This document shows positions 28,796-38,232 of a stretch of DNA of 64,000 bases, piece after piece; the stretch's first letter is position 1, and each line of letters begins with the position of its first letter. Position numbers and translations under genes: made by a program. Under the pieces are notes generated by a model. It searched no databases and was not told the DNA's origin. It worked only from the letters and a program-made list of their open reading frames with translations. The stretch is from an uncultured Candidatus Saccharibacteria bacterium (lineage in GTDB: Bacteria; Patescibacteriota; Saccharimonadia; Saccharimonadales; Saccharimonadaceae). The stretch lies in contig CAMYUL010000001.1 in NCBI GenBank assembly GCA_947302125.1, positions 54,258-118,257 on the forward strand, given 5' to 3'.

Positions 28796-29314
28796 ATGGA
28801 TCAAACAGGTCAAAACGATTTGCAGCAGGCAATTGATGCTGCTAACAACAATATTAAAGACGAACTTGGAGTTCCTCCAATGCCTCCAGCTGATGGTGCT
28901 GCTGCACCATTTGAGGGCGCATTTGCGGCTCCATCTGAGATGCCTCCAGTTGCAGGTGTTGATGTAATTCCAGCTTCCGAAGCTGTTTCTCAGGCTGCTG
29001 AGGGTGATGATACTAAAGATGAGGCTGAGCCAAGTGCAGAGGCAATTCTCTCCGAGACTATCACCACTCCAGAGAATTTACCAACTGATGATATTTCTGC
29101 TACACGTGAAGGAATTTTGCGTGATCTTATGCCGCTTATGGACAAGGTTGAAGGCGAGCCAGAAAGAAAGTTTGATATCTACAAGGAAGCTATGAATACC
29201 TTGCATGATAAGAATTTGGTAGCTGGAGCATATAAGGAAGCTGCTAAAATTGCTGATGAGAACAAGAAGGCTGATGCGTTGATGACGCTGCTTAATGCGA
29301 TTGATACGCTTTAG
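28796..29314 (+). CDS. Hypothetical acidic protein
   Basis: Low-complexity N-half, helical C-half; promoter-like TGCTAAAAT upstream. Confidence 0.75.
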   Translation: MDQTGQNDLQQAIDAANNNIKDELGVPPMPPADGAAAPFEGAFAAPSEMPPVAGVDVIPASEAVSQAAEGDDTKDEAEPSAEAILSETITTPENLPTDDISATREGILRDLMPLMDKVEGEPERKFDIYKEAMNTLHDKNLVAGAYKEAAKIADENKKADALMTLLNAIDTL

Positions 29315-29322
29315 GTATTAGT

Positions 29323-29531
29323 AGCTAAAACGTTCGTTATAAAAAATCTCAGTGCAAGGTGAATCGTCAAGATGACACTAAAGTTGTCATCTTGACTATG
29401 ATTCAGCCTTGATATGCACTGAGATTTTTTATCACTCACGTTTTAGCTGAATGTCAAAACACTACGTTGTCATTTTGACTTCAATTCAGCCTTGATATGC
29501 ACTGAGATTTTTTATAACGAACGTTTTAACT
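29323..29531. repeat. Nested palindromic/duplicated intergenic element B
   Basis: 34-nt inverted repeat 29323-29356/29498-29531 (1 mismatch); second right arm 29415-29448; inner hairpin GTCAAGATGACA/TGTCATCTTGAC. Confidence 0.9.
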
Positions 29532-29534
29532 GGA

Positions 29535-30293
29535 TTAGATGTCGGTATCTAGGCGGGTGAGGTCATTTGGATCGTAGTTGCCAATGCCTTCGGTGATTTT
29601 CTCAGGAGTGATATGGAGAGCGTCGGCGATAGCGGTGGCGGCAGCCATGTAAGAGACTGCAGTTTCGCCAGGTAGGAATGTAGCAACAGCGAAATTGTTG
29701 CCGCCGATGGAGAGTTCGGCTTCGGCGCCCATTTTGTAAAGCTTAGAGCTGACGATCTGGACATTGGAGAAACGATCTTTGCCATAAGTGAGAGTGCCGT
29801 CTTTGCCAGCAAAATCGGTGAAGTGCTGGTAACCATTATCGTCGCGATTCAAGATGACATAGTTCGGGTTCATGTTGAAGAGGGTAGTTTCGCCGGCGGT
29901 GAATTCTTCAACGGATTCGTCGCCGAGGCCGGCTGGAACGTAATTAGTAAGAGCAGCAATGTAAACTGGAAGATCAAAGAGGACATCTTTTTCTAGAGCG
30001 GTGGCTGGAGCAGTGACGACAACATAGTTAGCGCCGGCTTTCCAAGAATTGGAAAGGAATTTGTGTAGCATACCAACCTTCAGAGTGTCTTCTGAAGCGA
30101 GCATGGCGACTGGCTGGCCAGCGGCCTTAAGAATTTCGTGAACATAGTTAGCGACCTCTACTTTACCAGTGGTGCCGGTAATGCAGATAAGTTTCATATC
30201 CTTGATAGGATGTCCATAATAAGTGCCCAGGAATTTTGCTTTTAGCTTCCCCGTTTTTGTCTTAGCTGATTTTCCCGAATTAGTCTTTTCCAT
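29535..30293 (-). CDS. Mur ligase (MurE-like) central-domain protein, truncated/degenerate
   Basis: YYGHP..LICITGTTGK..ILKAAG, LTN, ILNRDD; no C-terminal domain. Confidence 0.75.
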   Translation of the reverse strand: MEKTNSGKSAKTKTGKLKAKFLGTYYGHPIKDMKLICITGTTGKVEVANYVHEILKAAGQPVAMLASEDTLKVGMLHKFLSNSWKAGANYVVVTAPATALEKDVLFDLPVYIAALTNYVPAGLGDESVEEFTAGETTLFNMNPNYVILNRDDNGYQHFTDFAGKDGTLTYGKDRFSNVQIVSSKLYKMGAEAELSIGGNNFAVATFLPGETAVSYMAAATAIADALHITPEKITEGIGNYDPNDLTRLDTDI

Positions 30294-30470
30294 AACTTAA
30301 GTATAGCACATTTTTGAAAAATGTGTTAAAATAGTTGTATCACATCTTATGTGATGCACATTTTCATTTCTAGGTGGATGTAAAATTCGAGTGCTTTCTG
30401 CACTTAAATTATATCCACATATGTGTCTTTTGGCCCTAAAGGCCGGGAGGCGCTTTACGTTACGTTGTGT

Positions 30471-30547
30471 GTGCCCGTAGCTCAGCTGGATAGAGCGTTT
30501 GCTTGCGGAGCAAAAGGTCGTAGGTTCGAATCCTGTCGGGCATACCA
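30471..30547 (+). tRNA. tRNA-Arg(GCG)
   Basis: GTGCCCG acceptor, TAGCTCAGCTGGATAGAGC D-arm, TTTGC-TT-GCG-GA-GCAAA anticodon arm, GGTTCGAATCC, CCA. Confidence 0.95.
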
Positions 30548-30556
30548 CTATGAATC

Positions 30557-30578
30557 GAGCCCTTAATGGGCTTTTTTT
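30557..30578 (+). terminator. Terminator after tRNA-Arg
   Basis: AGCCC-TTAAT-GGGCT followed by a T-tract. Confidence 0.7.
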
Positions 30579-30676
30579 GTTTTCCCTGGGAGATTTAAGT
30601 TGGCATCCTTTAATGTTTAGGTTATGTTCGTTGCAGGGAATTTTTTGTTGTAAAATGCTTGTGGTATAATATACTT

Positions 30677-31168
30677 ATGGATATAAATCCGCTGGAGACG
30701 AATGCGATATTTAACATCGGACAGGTTTTGATGTTGATTTTGGGCGCATTTACAATAGTATCAGCGGTGTTTAAGGGGATTTTTAAGTTAACAGATCAGG
30801 TTGGACCGGAGACCTTGGCGGAAAAATGGTTTGAGAGATTCTTGTTAGCCTTGCTCTATACCGGGCTATTGTGGCTGGGGCTTTCAACGTTGACTGCTTA
30901 CTTTGGGGAGAGTTTGATAGACGTTATTAATGGGGCGGTGATGCTAATTATGATGGTAGTTTCAATAGTACAACGTGCAACTTCTGAGCAACGTAATGCA
31001 AATAGGACGTTGGCGTTTGCTTATGCGTGGATTGTAGCAATTATACTTTGGCATTTTATCTTTGGATCAGTGATGCATAATTTCTCGCCGGAGTTTGTAA
31101 GAAGCGTTGGCGAGCATGTGATGCCGAATTTTCCTACGGATGTATTTAAATTATGGGGTTGGGCATAG
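30677..31168 (+). CDS. Hypothetical membrane protein (about 4 TMs)
   Basis: Hydrophobic ORF; TGGTATAAT 7 nt before ATG 30677. Confidence 0.7.
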   Translation: MDINPLETNAIFNIGQVLMLILGAFTIVSAVFKGIFKLTDQVGPETLAEKWFERFLLALLYTGLLWLGLSTLTAYFGESLIDVINGAVMLIMMVVSIVQRATSEQRNANRTLAFAYAWIVAIILWHFIFGSVMHNFSPEFVRSVGEHVMPNFPTDVFKLWGWA

Positions 31169-31171
31169 GAG

Positions 31172-32749
31172 ATGGATGAAGCTGTAAAGGTTGAAAAACA
31201 GCAGCGGAAGCTGATAAAGGCAATCTTGGATAGGGACGGCCGATATCTGGCGGAAGATGATGTGGAGTTGACCGATGTAGAGCGAGAGAGGTTCTACCGA
31301 CTGGTTTCTACTGGGGTGATTCGCCGTGATGATTTTGTAAGGATGGTGGCTGGGATTAAAGCTCCAGCGCCGGAAGAGGCTTTTTCTAAGCTAAAAGAAT
31401 CAAACTACAGACGAAGGATTTTGGCGTATTTTACTGGGGTAGGATTTGATAATTTTGAAAAGGTAACGACAGATACGGTTGCGGATTTTTTGAAAAAATA
31501 TCCAAATCCGTATGCTTTCTTGGCGCCGCGGACGGATTTTCTGGAGGCAATTAAGAAGAGTAATCCGATTTCTAAATATGAGGATTATGCTCGGGAAATG
31601 TGCGATTTTGTGCAAGATGTATATGGCAAGGAGCAGGAATATGCACGGAGAGCGAAAGAGCTGACCGAGCTTGCTTTTGAATGGCAGATTGACCAGGATG
31701 CGGAAAGATTGAAGGCGGATTTCTTAGCGGGGGCGATAGTGGAGGGAGACCCGTGGGTGCAGAGTGGCAAGGCGTATGTTTTGACTAAGGAGTTGCTGGA
31801 GCAGGGCGGATTTTCTCCGAGATATGTCCTGGAAATTGGCGGGGTGGAGATTGCGCTATCTAAGGCATTTAAGGTGGACGTACATGAGGCGGTGATTGGT
31901 TATGTGAAATTTGATGGCGTAGTGTATGTGAGAGGCTATTATCGTTCGAGCTCCCAGGGTATGTGGCGATACTTAGCCGATTATGTAGCGGGCGATGGCG
32001 AAATTGCTTGGTACGGGGTAGGGTTTAACGAAGAGTCTTTGACCTTGCCACTGAAGTTACAGAAGCAGTTGAACGTCGTTTGTAATCGGGGCTTGCACGA
32101 GGTGCCGGGAGTAAATATGAGCTTTTTCCTAGGCGGGACGGCCCGAAGGTTCAACTCTAAGGAAGAATATCACAAGCTGGTTGATGATGGAAAAATGGAG
32201 GGGGCGTATTACAAGGAAGTTTCTCATGAGCCGGCGTTGAATTTTGGAGTACTGTCAAAGACGAAATTGCCACCAGAGAGCATTGATGTGGATGATGGCG
32301 CGGCGCCGAATTTCCGGAATCAGCTGGACCATTATGATATGAAGACGGAAATGTATGGTGACGTGGCAGTAAGGCAATTCCCTTCTATGGATGATGAGTT
32401 GCGCTATACGATAGTGGAGCGAGGATTCTCGCAATATAAGAAGGCCTGGGTGGGGGCAATAGAGGTAAATTCGCCGATTACATCAACCGGGTTGAAGCGC
32501 GAGTGGGTATCTTCTGGTGATATCTTGACGCCGCTCTATGAGTACAAGACGATGACGGCGGGGTACGGTGAGGAAATTACGGGCGAAAGAACAACTTCGG
32601 GCGTGGATGCGCGCGGGGTGCCGATTGCGGTGACCTTAGACGCTGAGGGCGGCAAGGTGCCGGATGGATATCTCTCGATGTGGGATAAGTATCTCAAGCT
32701 AGTACCGATGATTCAGCGGTACCTATATACTTGGCGAGAAGCAGAGTAG
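31172..32749 (+). CDS. Hypothetical protein
   Basis: 525-aa ORF with no motif I recognise. Confidence 0.75.
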   Translation: MDEAVKVEKQQRKLIKAILDRDGRYLAEDDVELTDVERERFYRLVSTGVIRRDDFVRMVAGIKAPAPEEAFSKLKESNYRRRILAYFTGVGFDNFEKVTTDTVADFLKKYPNPYAFLAPRTDFLEAIKKSNPISKYEDYAREMCDFVQDVYGKEQEYARRAKELTELAFEWQIDQDAERLKADFLAGAIVEGDPWVQSGKAYVLTKELLEQGGFSPRYVLEIGGVEIALSKAFKVDVHEAVIGYVKFDGVVYVRGYYRSSSQGMWRYLADYVAGDGEIAWYGVGFNEESLTLPLKLQKQLNVVCNRGLHEVPGVNMSFFLGGTARRFNSKEEYHKLVDDGKMEGAYYKEVSHEPALNFGVLSKTKLPPESIDVDDGAAPNFRNQLDHYDMKTEMYGDVAVRQFPSMDDELRYTIVERGFSQYKKAWVGAIEVNSPITSTGLKREWVSSGDILTPLYEYKTMTAGYGEEITGERTTSGVDARGVPIAVTLDAEGGKVPDGYLSMWDKYLKLVPMIQRYLYTWREAE

Positions 32750-32754
32750 GTTGA

Positions 32755-33243
32755 CTAGATTTTGCTGGCGAGGGCGGCAATTTCCTCTTCGGTAGCGTCT
32801 TGGAAGAGGCGTTCTCCTGGCTGCCAGTCGCCGTTTGTGGCGGCGGCTTGCAAGAGGCTGGCGCTTTGGCCAATGCCGGAAGTATGAGAGGTGCAAACCG
32901 GGATGATGGTTTTTCCCTGCCAGTCCATGGCCTTTACGAAAATATCGGTTGGCCAGGCGGCGATGCCGTACCAGATTGGGTAGCAGAGGATAATCTTAGT
33001 GTAATTCTCCCAGTTGGCCGGACTAGTGGTTTCTGGTGTTAATTCGATTTTCTCTCTGAGGGATTCGTCGTCGTGTTCCTGGTTAATGCGAGAGTCTTCG
33101 TCGTTCCAGTCGAGCTCCTCAGGGGTGTATGGAGATTTTAGGGCGATCTCGTGGAGGTCGGCGTTTAATTTATCGGCGAGGATTTCGGCGATTTTCTTAG
33201 TGTGGTTTTCGGCAGAATAATAGATTACGAGTGTGTCTTTCAT
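32755..33243 (-). CDS. Flavodoxin-like protein
   Basis: LVIYYSAENHTKKIAE, YPIWYG, CTSHTSGIG; start at ATG 33243. Confidence 0.88.
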   Translation of the reverse strand: MKDTLVIYYSAENHTKKIAEILADKLNADLHEIALKSPYTPEELDWNDEDSRINQEHDDESLREKIELTPETTSPANWENYTKIILCYPIWYGIAAWPTDIFVKAMDWQGKTIIPVCTSHTSGIGQSASLLQAAATNGDWQPGERLFQDATEEEIAALASKI

Positions 33244-33322
33244 GTGAGTCTCCTTTGATTTTATTATAGCACTTTTTGGGGTGGGTTTGCGAGATGCTCC
33301 CTGTTTTGGTATAATCAACAGT

Positions 33323-33412
33323 GGAGACCTGGCCGAGTGGTTGAAGGCGCACGACTCGAAATCGTGTGGGCTGGCAACAGTCTCGGGGGTTCGAATCCCC
33401 CGGTCTCCGCCA
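33323..33412 (+). tRNA. tRNA-Ser(CGA)
   Basis: GGAGACC..CACGA-CT-CGA-AA-TCGTG, long variable arm, GGTTCGAATCC, GCCA. Confidence 0.95.
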
Positions 33413-33430
33413 TTAAGAGGAGTTATAGGG

Positions 33431-34306
33431 ATGAAAAAGAAATTTTCTTTACTAGCAGCAGCTTTTCTGCTAGTTTTTCAGTTTTTGCCAACTTTTAAGG
33501 CGTTTGCAGCGGAGGGCCCGACCGTGAGTTTCTTGGAGCCGAGCTCTGAAGCGACGGTTACCGTAGATGACGCGGTCCATTTGAAGATAGCAGCGTCTGC
33601 GGATGTAGCTAATATCTTGTGGTTTTGTTCGGGTGGAGGCCATCTTGCCGCAGGGTATGCTTGCCCTGCTACAGATAGAACAGAAGGAGATGTTGCCTAT
33701 AATGCCACTGGCGTTTATACGGTGGGGGCTACTGTTAGGGATAATGATGGGCATGCTAATAGCGCCGAAATAACGATTAGAGTGATTAATGACCGACCGA
33801 GTATTGAGGCGGTTACTGAAGATGAGGGCAATGAGTATGAAGTTGGTAGCAATGTTGTGATATTGGTGTCAGCAAGGGACGCTTACGGCACGGTTAATAA
33901 ACTAAAATGGGGATGTAGCGACGGAACTTCTGATTTGCTGCTTACTTCTGTTTACAACTTGAGTACGCCTCAAAAGGTGGTTGATAATTACAGGGTAGAG
34001 GTGACACTTCCAGATGTTGAAACAGATCGTTTTAGCTGCGGATTTGCTGCGGTGGATGACGATGAGGAGGAGAGTGAGCCTGTGATTTTGACACTTCGGG
34101 CGGTTGTTCCTACTGTCGAAGAAAATACAGAGAACTCTGATACTCCTGAAGCTACTGATAGCGTAGTGAAGGGCTCTCCGGATACTGGTGCTGCGACATT
34201 AGAAAACGGTTCTGCCGGAGCAGACGTAAGTGTGGCGGCTGCGGTTGCTAGCGTGATTGTGGCTTGCTGGATCTTCGCACGGGCAAGCAAGAAGGAAGTG
34301 TTATAA
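33431..34306 (+). CDS. Secreted/surface protein with Ig/PKD-like domains and C-terminal SPDTG-TM-basic tail
   Basis: Signal peptide MKKKFSLLAAA..; YNATGVYTVGATVRDNDG PKD-like; KGSPDTG..hydrophobic..RASKK. The ORF-track start overlaps the tRNA and was rejected. Confidence 0.75.
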   Translation: MKKKFSLLAAAFLLVFQFLPTFKAFAAEGPTVSFLEPSSEATVTVDDAVHLKIAASADVANILWFCSGGGHLAAGYACPATDRTEGDVAYNATGVYTVGATVRDNDGHANSAEITIRVINDRPSIEAVTEDEGNEYEVGSNVVILVSARDAYGTVNKLKWGCSDGTSDLLLTSVYNLSTPQKVVDNYRVEVTLPDVETDRFSCGFAAVDDDEEESEPVILTLRAVVPTVEENTENSDTPEATDSVVKGSPDTGAATLENGSAGADVSVAAAVASVIVACWIFARASKKEVL

Positions 34307-34313
34307 TCAAAGT

Positions 34314-34688
34314 ATGAGTAGCGTTTTTTCTAAAATTGTGGCGGGAGAGATTCCGTGTTATAAGATTTATGAAGATGATAAGACTTTGGCGTTTCTGGAT
34401 ATTGCGCCGGAGACCCCGGGGCATACGCTGGTAATTCCGAAAGTGGAAGTTGATAAAGTGTATGAGCTTTCTGATGAGGACTATGTTGCGCTGTGGGATA
34501 CGGTGCGGAAGGTGGCCCTTCGGATGGAGGAGGTGCTTGGGGCGAGGACTTTGATGAAGGTGATTGGTACAGATGTGCCGCATGCACATGTGCACTTGAT
34601 GCCACATGATCCAACTTGGCATCATGGACGTGAAATAAAAATGTCTCCTGAAGAAATGCAGGAGATGTGCGATAAATTGAAGTTCTAA
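34314..34688 (+). CDS. HIT family nucleotide hydrolase
   Basis: FSKIVAGEIPCYKIYED..FLDIAP..GHTLVIPK..VPHAHVHLMP. Confidence 0.93.
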   Translation: MSSVFSKIVAGEIPCYKIYEDDKTLAFLDIAPETPGHTLVIPKVEVDKVYELSDEDYVALWDTVRKVALRMEEVLGARTLMKVIGTDVPHAHVHLMPHDPTWHHGREIKMSPEEMQEMCDKLKF

Positions 34689-34780
34689 AAAATGGGCGCG
34701 GAATAATCCGCGCCCTCTCGAGCAGCCTGGCACCTAGACAAGTCATAAATACCAAGCCGTCGATAACGTGTTAAGGTGGG

Positions 34781-35356
34781 TCAGTAAAGACCCTTGAAAG
34801 GTTTTAGCAGTTTTTTAATGTTCTCGGGCTCTTCGTTGAGCTCGTATAAGTGCCTTTCAGATACTGCTATCCACCCTTTTGAGGTTTTTAGGATGCATAG
34901 GATGTCATCCGTAACCTCTGTGATAAACCCATTGGTATTCCTCATACCGCTAAGCTTTACATGAGGAATGTCCTGATTATCTCTAGTCCATCTTCCAACG
35001 GCGGAAATTACCAGGTATAGACCAGCCGTCCAGGCTAGGTCTGTTTTCTTTGAAGCTTTGTCGATACCTTCAAACTTCCAGTTATGTAGAGCAACTGAAG
35101 TTTTTTCAGCATCGTCATCTCGCCACAGTAACCAATTGGCTTTTGAACCAATAGCTATAATAGCGTCTTCGTTATCTGCTGTGACGGTGATGCTTTTAAC
35201 TTTCTTGAAGATAATCTTTTCTTCGTTGTCGCGATTTACGCAGGCAAGCAGAAAACGATTACCGTCAGTTGCGTTTCTCTTGCAGAGCCACCATTTGGCG
35301 ACTTCTACTGGATACGCATCTCCGTCAATTCCTTTAACAAGGCTTATTTCTTGCAT
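34781..35356 (-). CDS. Hypothetical protein
   Basis: 191-aa ORF with AAAGGAGG SD. Confidence 0.7.
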   Translation of the reverse strand: MQEISLVKGIDGDAYPVEVAKWWLCKRNATDGNRFLLACVNRDNEEKIIFKKVKSITVTADNEDAIIAIGSKANWLLWRDDDAEKTSVALHNWKFEGIDKASKKTDLAWTAGLYLVISAVGRWTRDNQDIPHVKLSGMRNTNGFITEVTDDILCILKTSKGWIAVSERHLYELNEEPENIKKLLKPFKGLY

Positions 35357-35524
35357 AATATTCCCTCCTTTATTATGCTACTTAACTCTTTGCGACCTCT
35401 ATTGGTCGTAAAATTGTTACTATACCATTATAGCACTGATTATGCTTTTTGTCAAGAGGTGGGGGAAGTTTTGGCAAGTGGGGCGAAATGTGGTAGAATA
35501 AAGAAAAGATAATTGGAGATTTTG

Positions 35525-38131
35525 ATGAAATTTACAGCAGCCTATGAACCAGGGAGTTTTGAGCCAGACGTTTATGCGGCGTGGGAGGCGGCAGATGAGT
35601 TTTTGCCAGGGGGCAAGGTTGGCGGAGACGATGCTTTAAGAGATGATGACAAGGATAACGACCCGAAGACATATTCGATTGTGATGCCACCACCAAATGC
35701 CAATGGTAATCTCCACATTGGACATGGGTTGACGGTGGCGATTGAGGATTCCTTGACGAGATATCATCGCTTGCGTGGTGAGATGACCTGGTATGTGCCA
35801 GGGGCGGACCATGCTGGATTTGAGACTTGGGTGGTGTATGAGCGCGCTCTGGAAAAAGAGGGCCATACGAGATTCGAGTACTCGCGCGACGAGCTATATG
35901 CGAGAGTGTGGGATTTTGTGCAGGAACAGAGAGGCAACATGGAGTTGCAGTTAAGGGCGCTGGGTGCTTCTTGCTCTTGGAAGGATTTGACCTTTACGCT
36001 GGATGAGAACGTGATTCGTAGGACCTATGCGACATTTGAGAAAATGTGGAAGGATGGAATGATTTACAGAGGCGAGAAGCTGGTAAATTATTGCACAAAG
36101 CATCAGACGGCGTTTGCGGATATTGAGGTGGAACACGAGGACGAGAAAGGTCATCTCTGGGATATCGCCTATCCATATGAGGGGGGCGAGATCGTAGTTT
36201 CTACGACGAGGCCAGAGACGTTGTTTGGCGATACGGCTGTGGCGGTGAATCCGGAAGATCCAAGATACAAGGATTTGATTGGATCGACGGTGAGACTGCC
36301 TTTGACTAATCGGGAGATCCCGGTGGTTGCGGATGAACATGCGGATCCGGAATACGGAACCGGTGCCGTGAAAATTACGCCGGCACATGATAACGATGAC
36401 TTTGAGGTGGGGCTGCGTCATGATTTGCCAAGAGTGCAGGTGATTGGTTTTGATGGAAAAATGCTGCCAGTGTGTGGCGAGGCTTATGGGGGGCTGACGA
36501 CCGAGGAATGCCGCAAGCAGGTGCTTAAAGATTTGAAGGATATGGGGTTGTTGCGCGGTGAGCGCGAGATTGTCCACTCGGTGGCGCATTGCTACAAATG
36601 CGGTACGGTGATTGAGCCGATGCTAAAAGAGCAGTGGTTTATTGATGTGAAGCGGCTGGCGAAGGTGGCGATTGAACATCTTGAGGCTGGGGAGATTAAA
36701 TTCTACCCTGCTTCGAAGAAACAGGTGCTGATTAACTATCTTAAGGGGCTTAAGGATTGGAATATCTCTAGGCAGATTCCTTGGGGGATTGCGATTCCAA
36801 TGTTTAAGAATCCGGAGACTGGTGAGTGGGTCTTCGATACGCGAACAAATTTGACGGAAATTGAGATTGGCGGGGTGAGATACGTGCGCGATGAGGATAC
36901 CTTTGATACGTGGTTCTCTTCTTCGCACTGGCCAATTGTCTGTACTAACTGGGAAGAAGGGGCGGTGAACCCATATTATCCGTTAAATGTGATGGAGACG
37001 GGTGCAGATATCTTGTTTGCATGGGTAGCAAGAATGATTATGATGGGGCTATATGTGACTGGCGAAGTGCCGTTTCGTGAGGTGTACTTGCACGGTCTAG
37101 TGCTGGATGCGCATGGCCAGAAGATGAGCAAGTCGAAGGGCAACGTGATTAATCCGATGGAACTAGTATCCAAGTATGGTTCGGATGCGTTTCGCCTGGG
37201 GATTTTGCGTGGGCGCTCGGCGGGCATGAACCAGGCGTTCTCGGAACAGTCGGTAGTGTCTGGACGTAATTTGTGTAATAAGCTCTGGAATATCTCTAGG
37301 TTTATTCAAGATATCGTTGATAATACTGAAAATGGTGGAATTGAGCCAACAACGGATAACACTGGCGAAGACTGGATTTGTCGTGAGATTAATGAGGCAA
37401 GATGGCAGATTGAGAGCCAGATGAAGAGTTATCGCTTCTCTGAGGCGGTGGAGACGCTTTATTCCCTGATCTGGGATAAGTATGCGGACTGGTTTGTCGA
37501 GACGGAGAAAATGTATCGCAACGCGCCACTTTTGATGGCGACACTTGAGGCGGTCTTGAAGATGCTACACCCATTTGCGCCATTTGTAACAGAGGCGATT
37601 TGGCAGAACTTGTCTTGGACTGAGGGGCTACTAATTTCCCAGGAATGGCCGTCTGACTTCAAATTTGACCCGATAAGCGCGGAGAACTTTGAAAGGCTTA
37701 TGGTTATAGTCACACACGCGAGAGGCACCTTACAGGCGCTCTCAGAGGCTCACAAGGGCTTTTCTAAGGCGGAGACCACCATTCTATTTGGCGACGACGC
37801 GCTAGTTGATGATAATCAGGTGCTTTTGCAGAGATTGATTGGCGCAAAGGCAGTGATGTCTGATGAGGGTAGTCCGCGCGGACTAAGATTGGCCGTAGCT
37901 AATTCTGAGGTATATCTCGATGTCGCTCCAGAGGTAGTGGTTTCTTATACATCTGCTCTTGAGGAGAGGATTTTGAAGGTGGGTCGCGAGCTGGATGCTC
38001 TAAATATGAGAATGATGAATCCAAATTACGTTGACAAGGCGCCGGCGGAGCTGGTGAATGAGACGAGGAAGCTGATTGCTGAGAAAGAAGAGCTGATTGC
38101 CAATCTGAAGCGTGAGCGTGAAGCGATTTAG
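35525..38131 (+). CDS. valS: Valine--tRNA ligase
   Basis: PPPNANGNLHIGH, STTRPET, DWNISRQ, DTFDTWFSS, KMSKS, C-terminal coiled coil. Confidence 0.97.
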   Translation: MKFTAAYEPGSFEPDVYAAWEAADEFLPGGKVGGDDALRDDDKDNDPKTYSIVMPPPNANGNLHIGHGLTVAIEDSLTRYHRLRGEMTWYVPGADHAGFETWVVYERALEKEGHTRFEYSRDELYARVWDFVQEQRGNMELQLRALGASCSWKDLTFTLDENVIRRTYATFEKMWKDGMIYRGEKLVNYCTKHQTAFADIEVEHEDEKGHLWDIAYPYEGGEIVVSTTRPETLFGDTAVAVNPEDPRYKDLIGSTVRLPLTNREIPVVADEHADPEYGTGAVKITPAHDNDDFEVGLRHDLPRVQVIGFDGKMLPVCGEAYGGLTTEECRKQVLKDLKDMGLLRGEREIVHSVAHCYKCGTVIEPMLKEQWFIDVKRLAKVAIEHLEAGEIKFYPASKKQVLINYLKGLKDWNISRQIPWGIAIPMFKNPETGEWVFDTRTNLTEIEIGGVRYVRDEDTFDTWFSSSHWPIVCTNWEEGAVNPYYPLNVMETGADILFAWVARMIMMGLYVTGEVPFREVYLHGLVLDAHGQKMSKSKGNVINPMELVSKYGSDAFRLGILRGRSAGMNQAFSEQSVVSGRNLCNKLWNISRFIQDIVDNTENGGIEPTTDNTGEDWICREINEARWQIESQMKSYRFSEAVETLYSLIWDKYADWFVETEKMYRNAPLLMATLEAVLKMLHPFAPFVTEAIWQNLSWTEGLLISQEWPSDFKFDPISAENFERLMVIVTHARGTLQALSEAHKGFSKAETTILFGDDALVDDNQVLLQRLIGAKAVMSDEGSPRGLRLAVANSEVYLDVAPEVVVSYTSALEERILKVGRELDALNMRMMNPNYVDKAPAELVNETRKLIAEKEELIANLKREREAI

Positions 38132-38232
38132 GGGTTGATGAGGGAGAGAAAAAGTGTTGTAAAATTTACAACACTTTTTTGATTGGTGGCTATTGAATTT
38201 GGGATTTTGCTTATGGTATAATAGAAGGCAAT

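Noticed and set aside
25189..29531. CRISPR array interpretation of the two intergenic repeat elements
   Set aside because: Only two long copies each, no unique spacers of regular length, and no cas genes in the window.
30297..30548. 83-aa minus-strand ORF (MVCPTGFEPTT..)
   Set aside because: Antisense translation of tRNA-Arg. The 33281 extension and 27015..27218 likewise overlap tRNAs.
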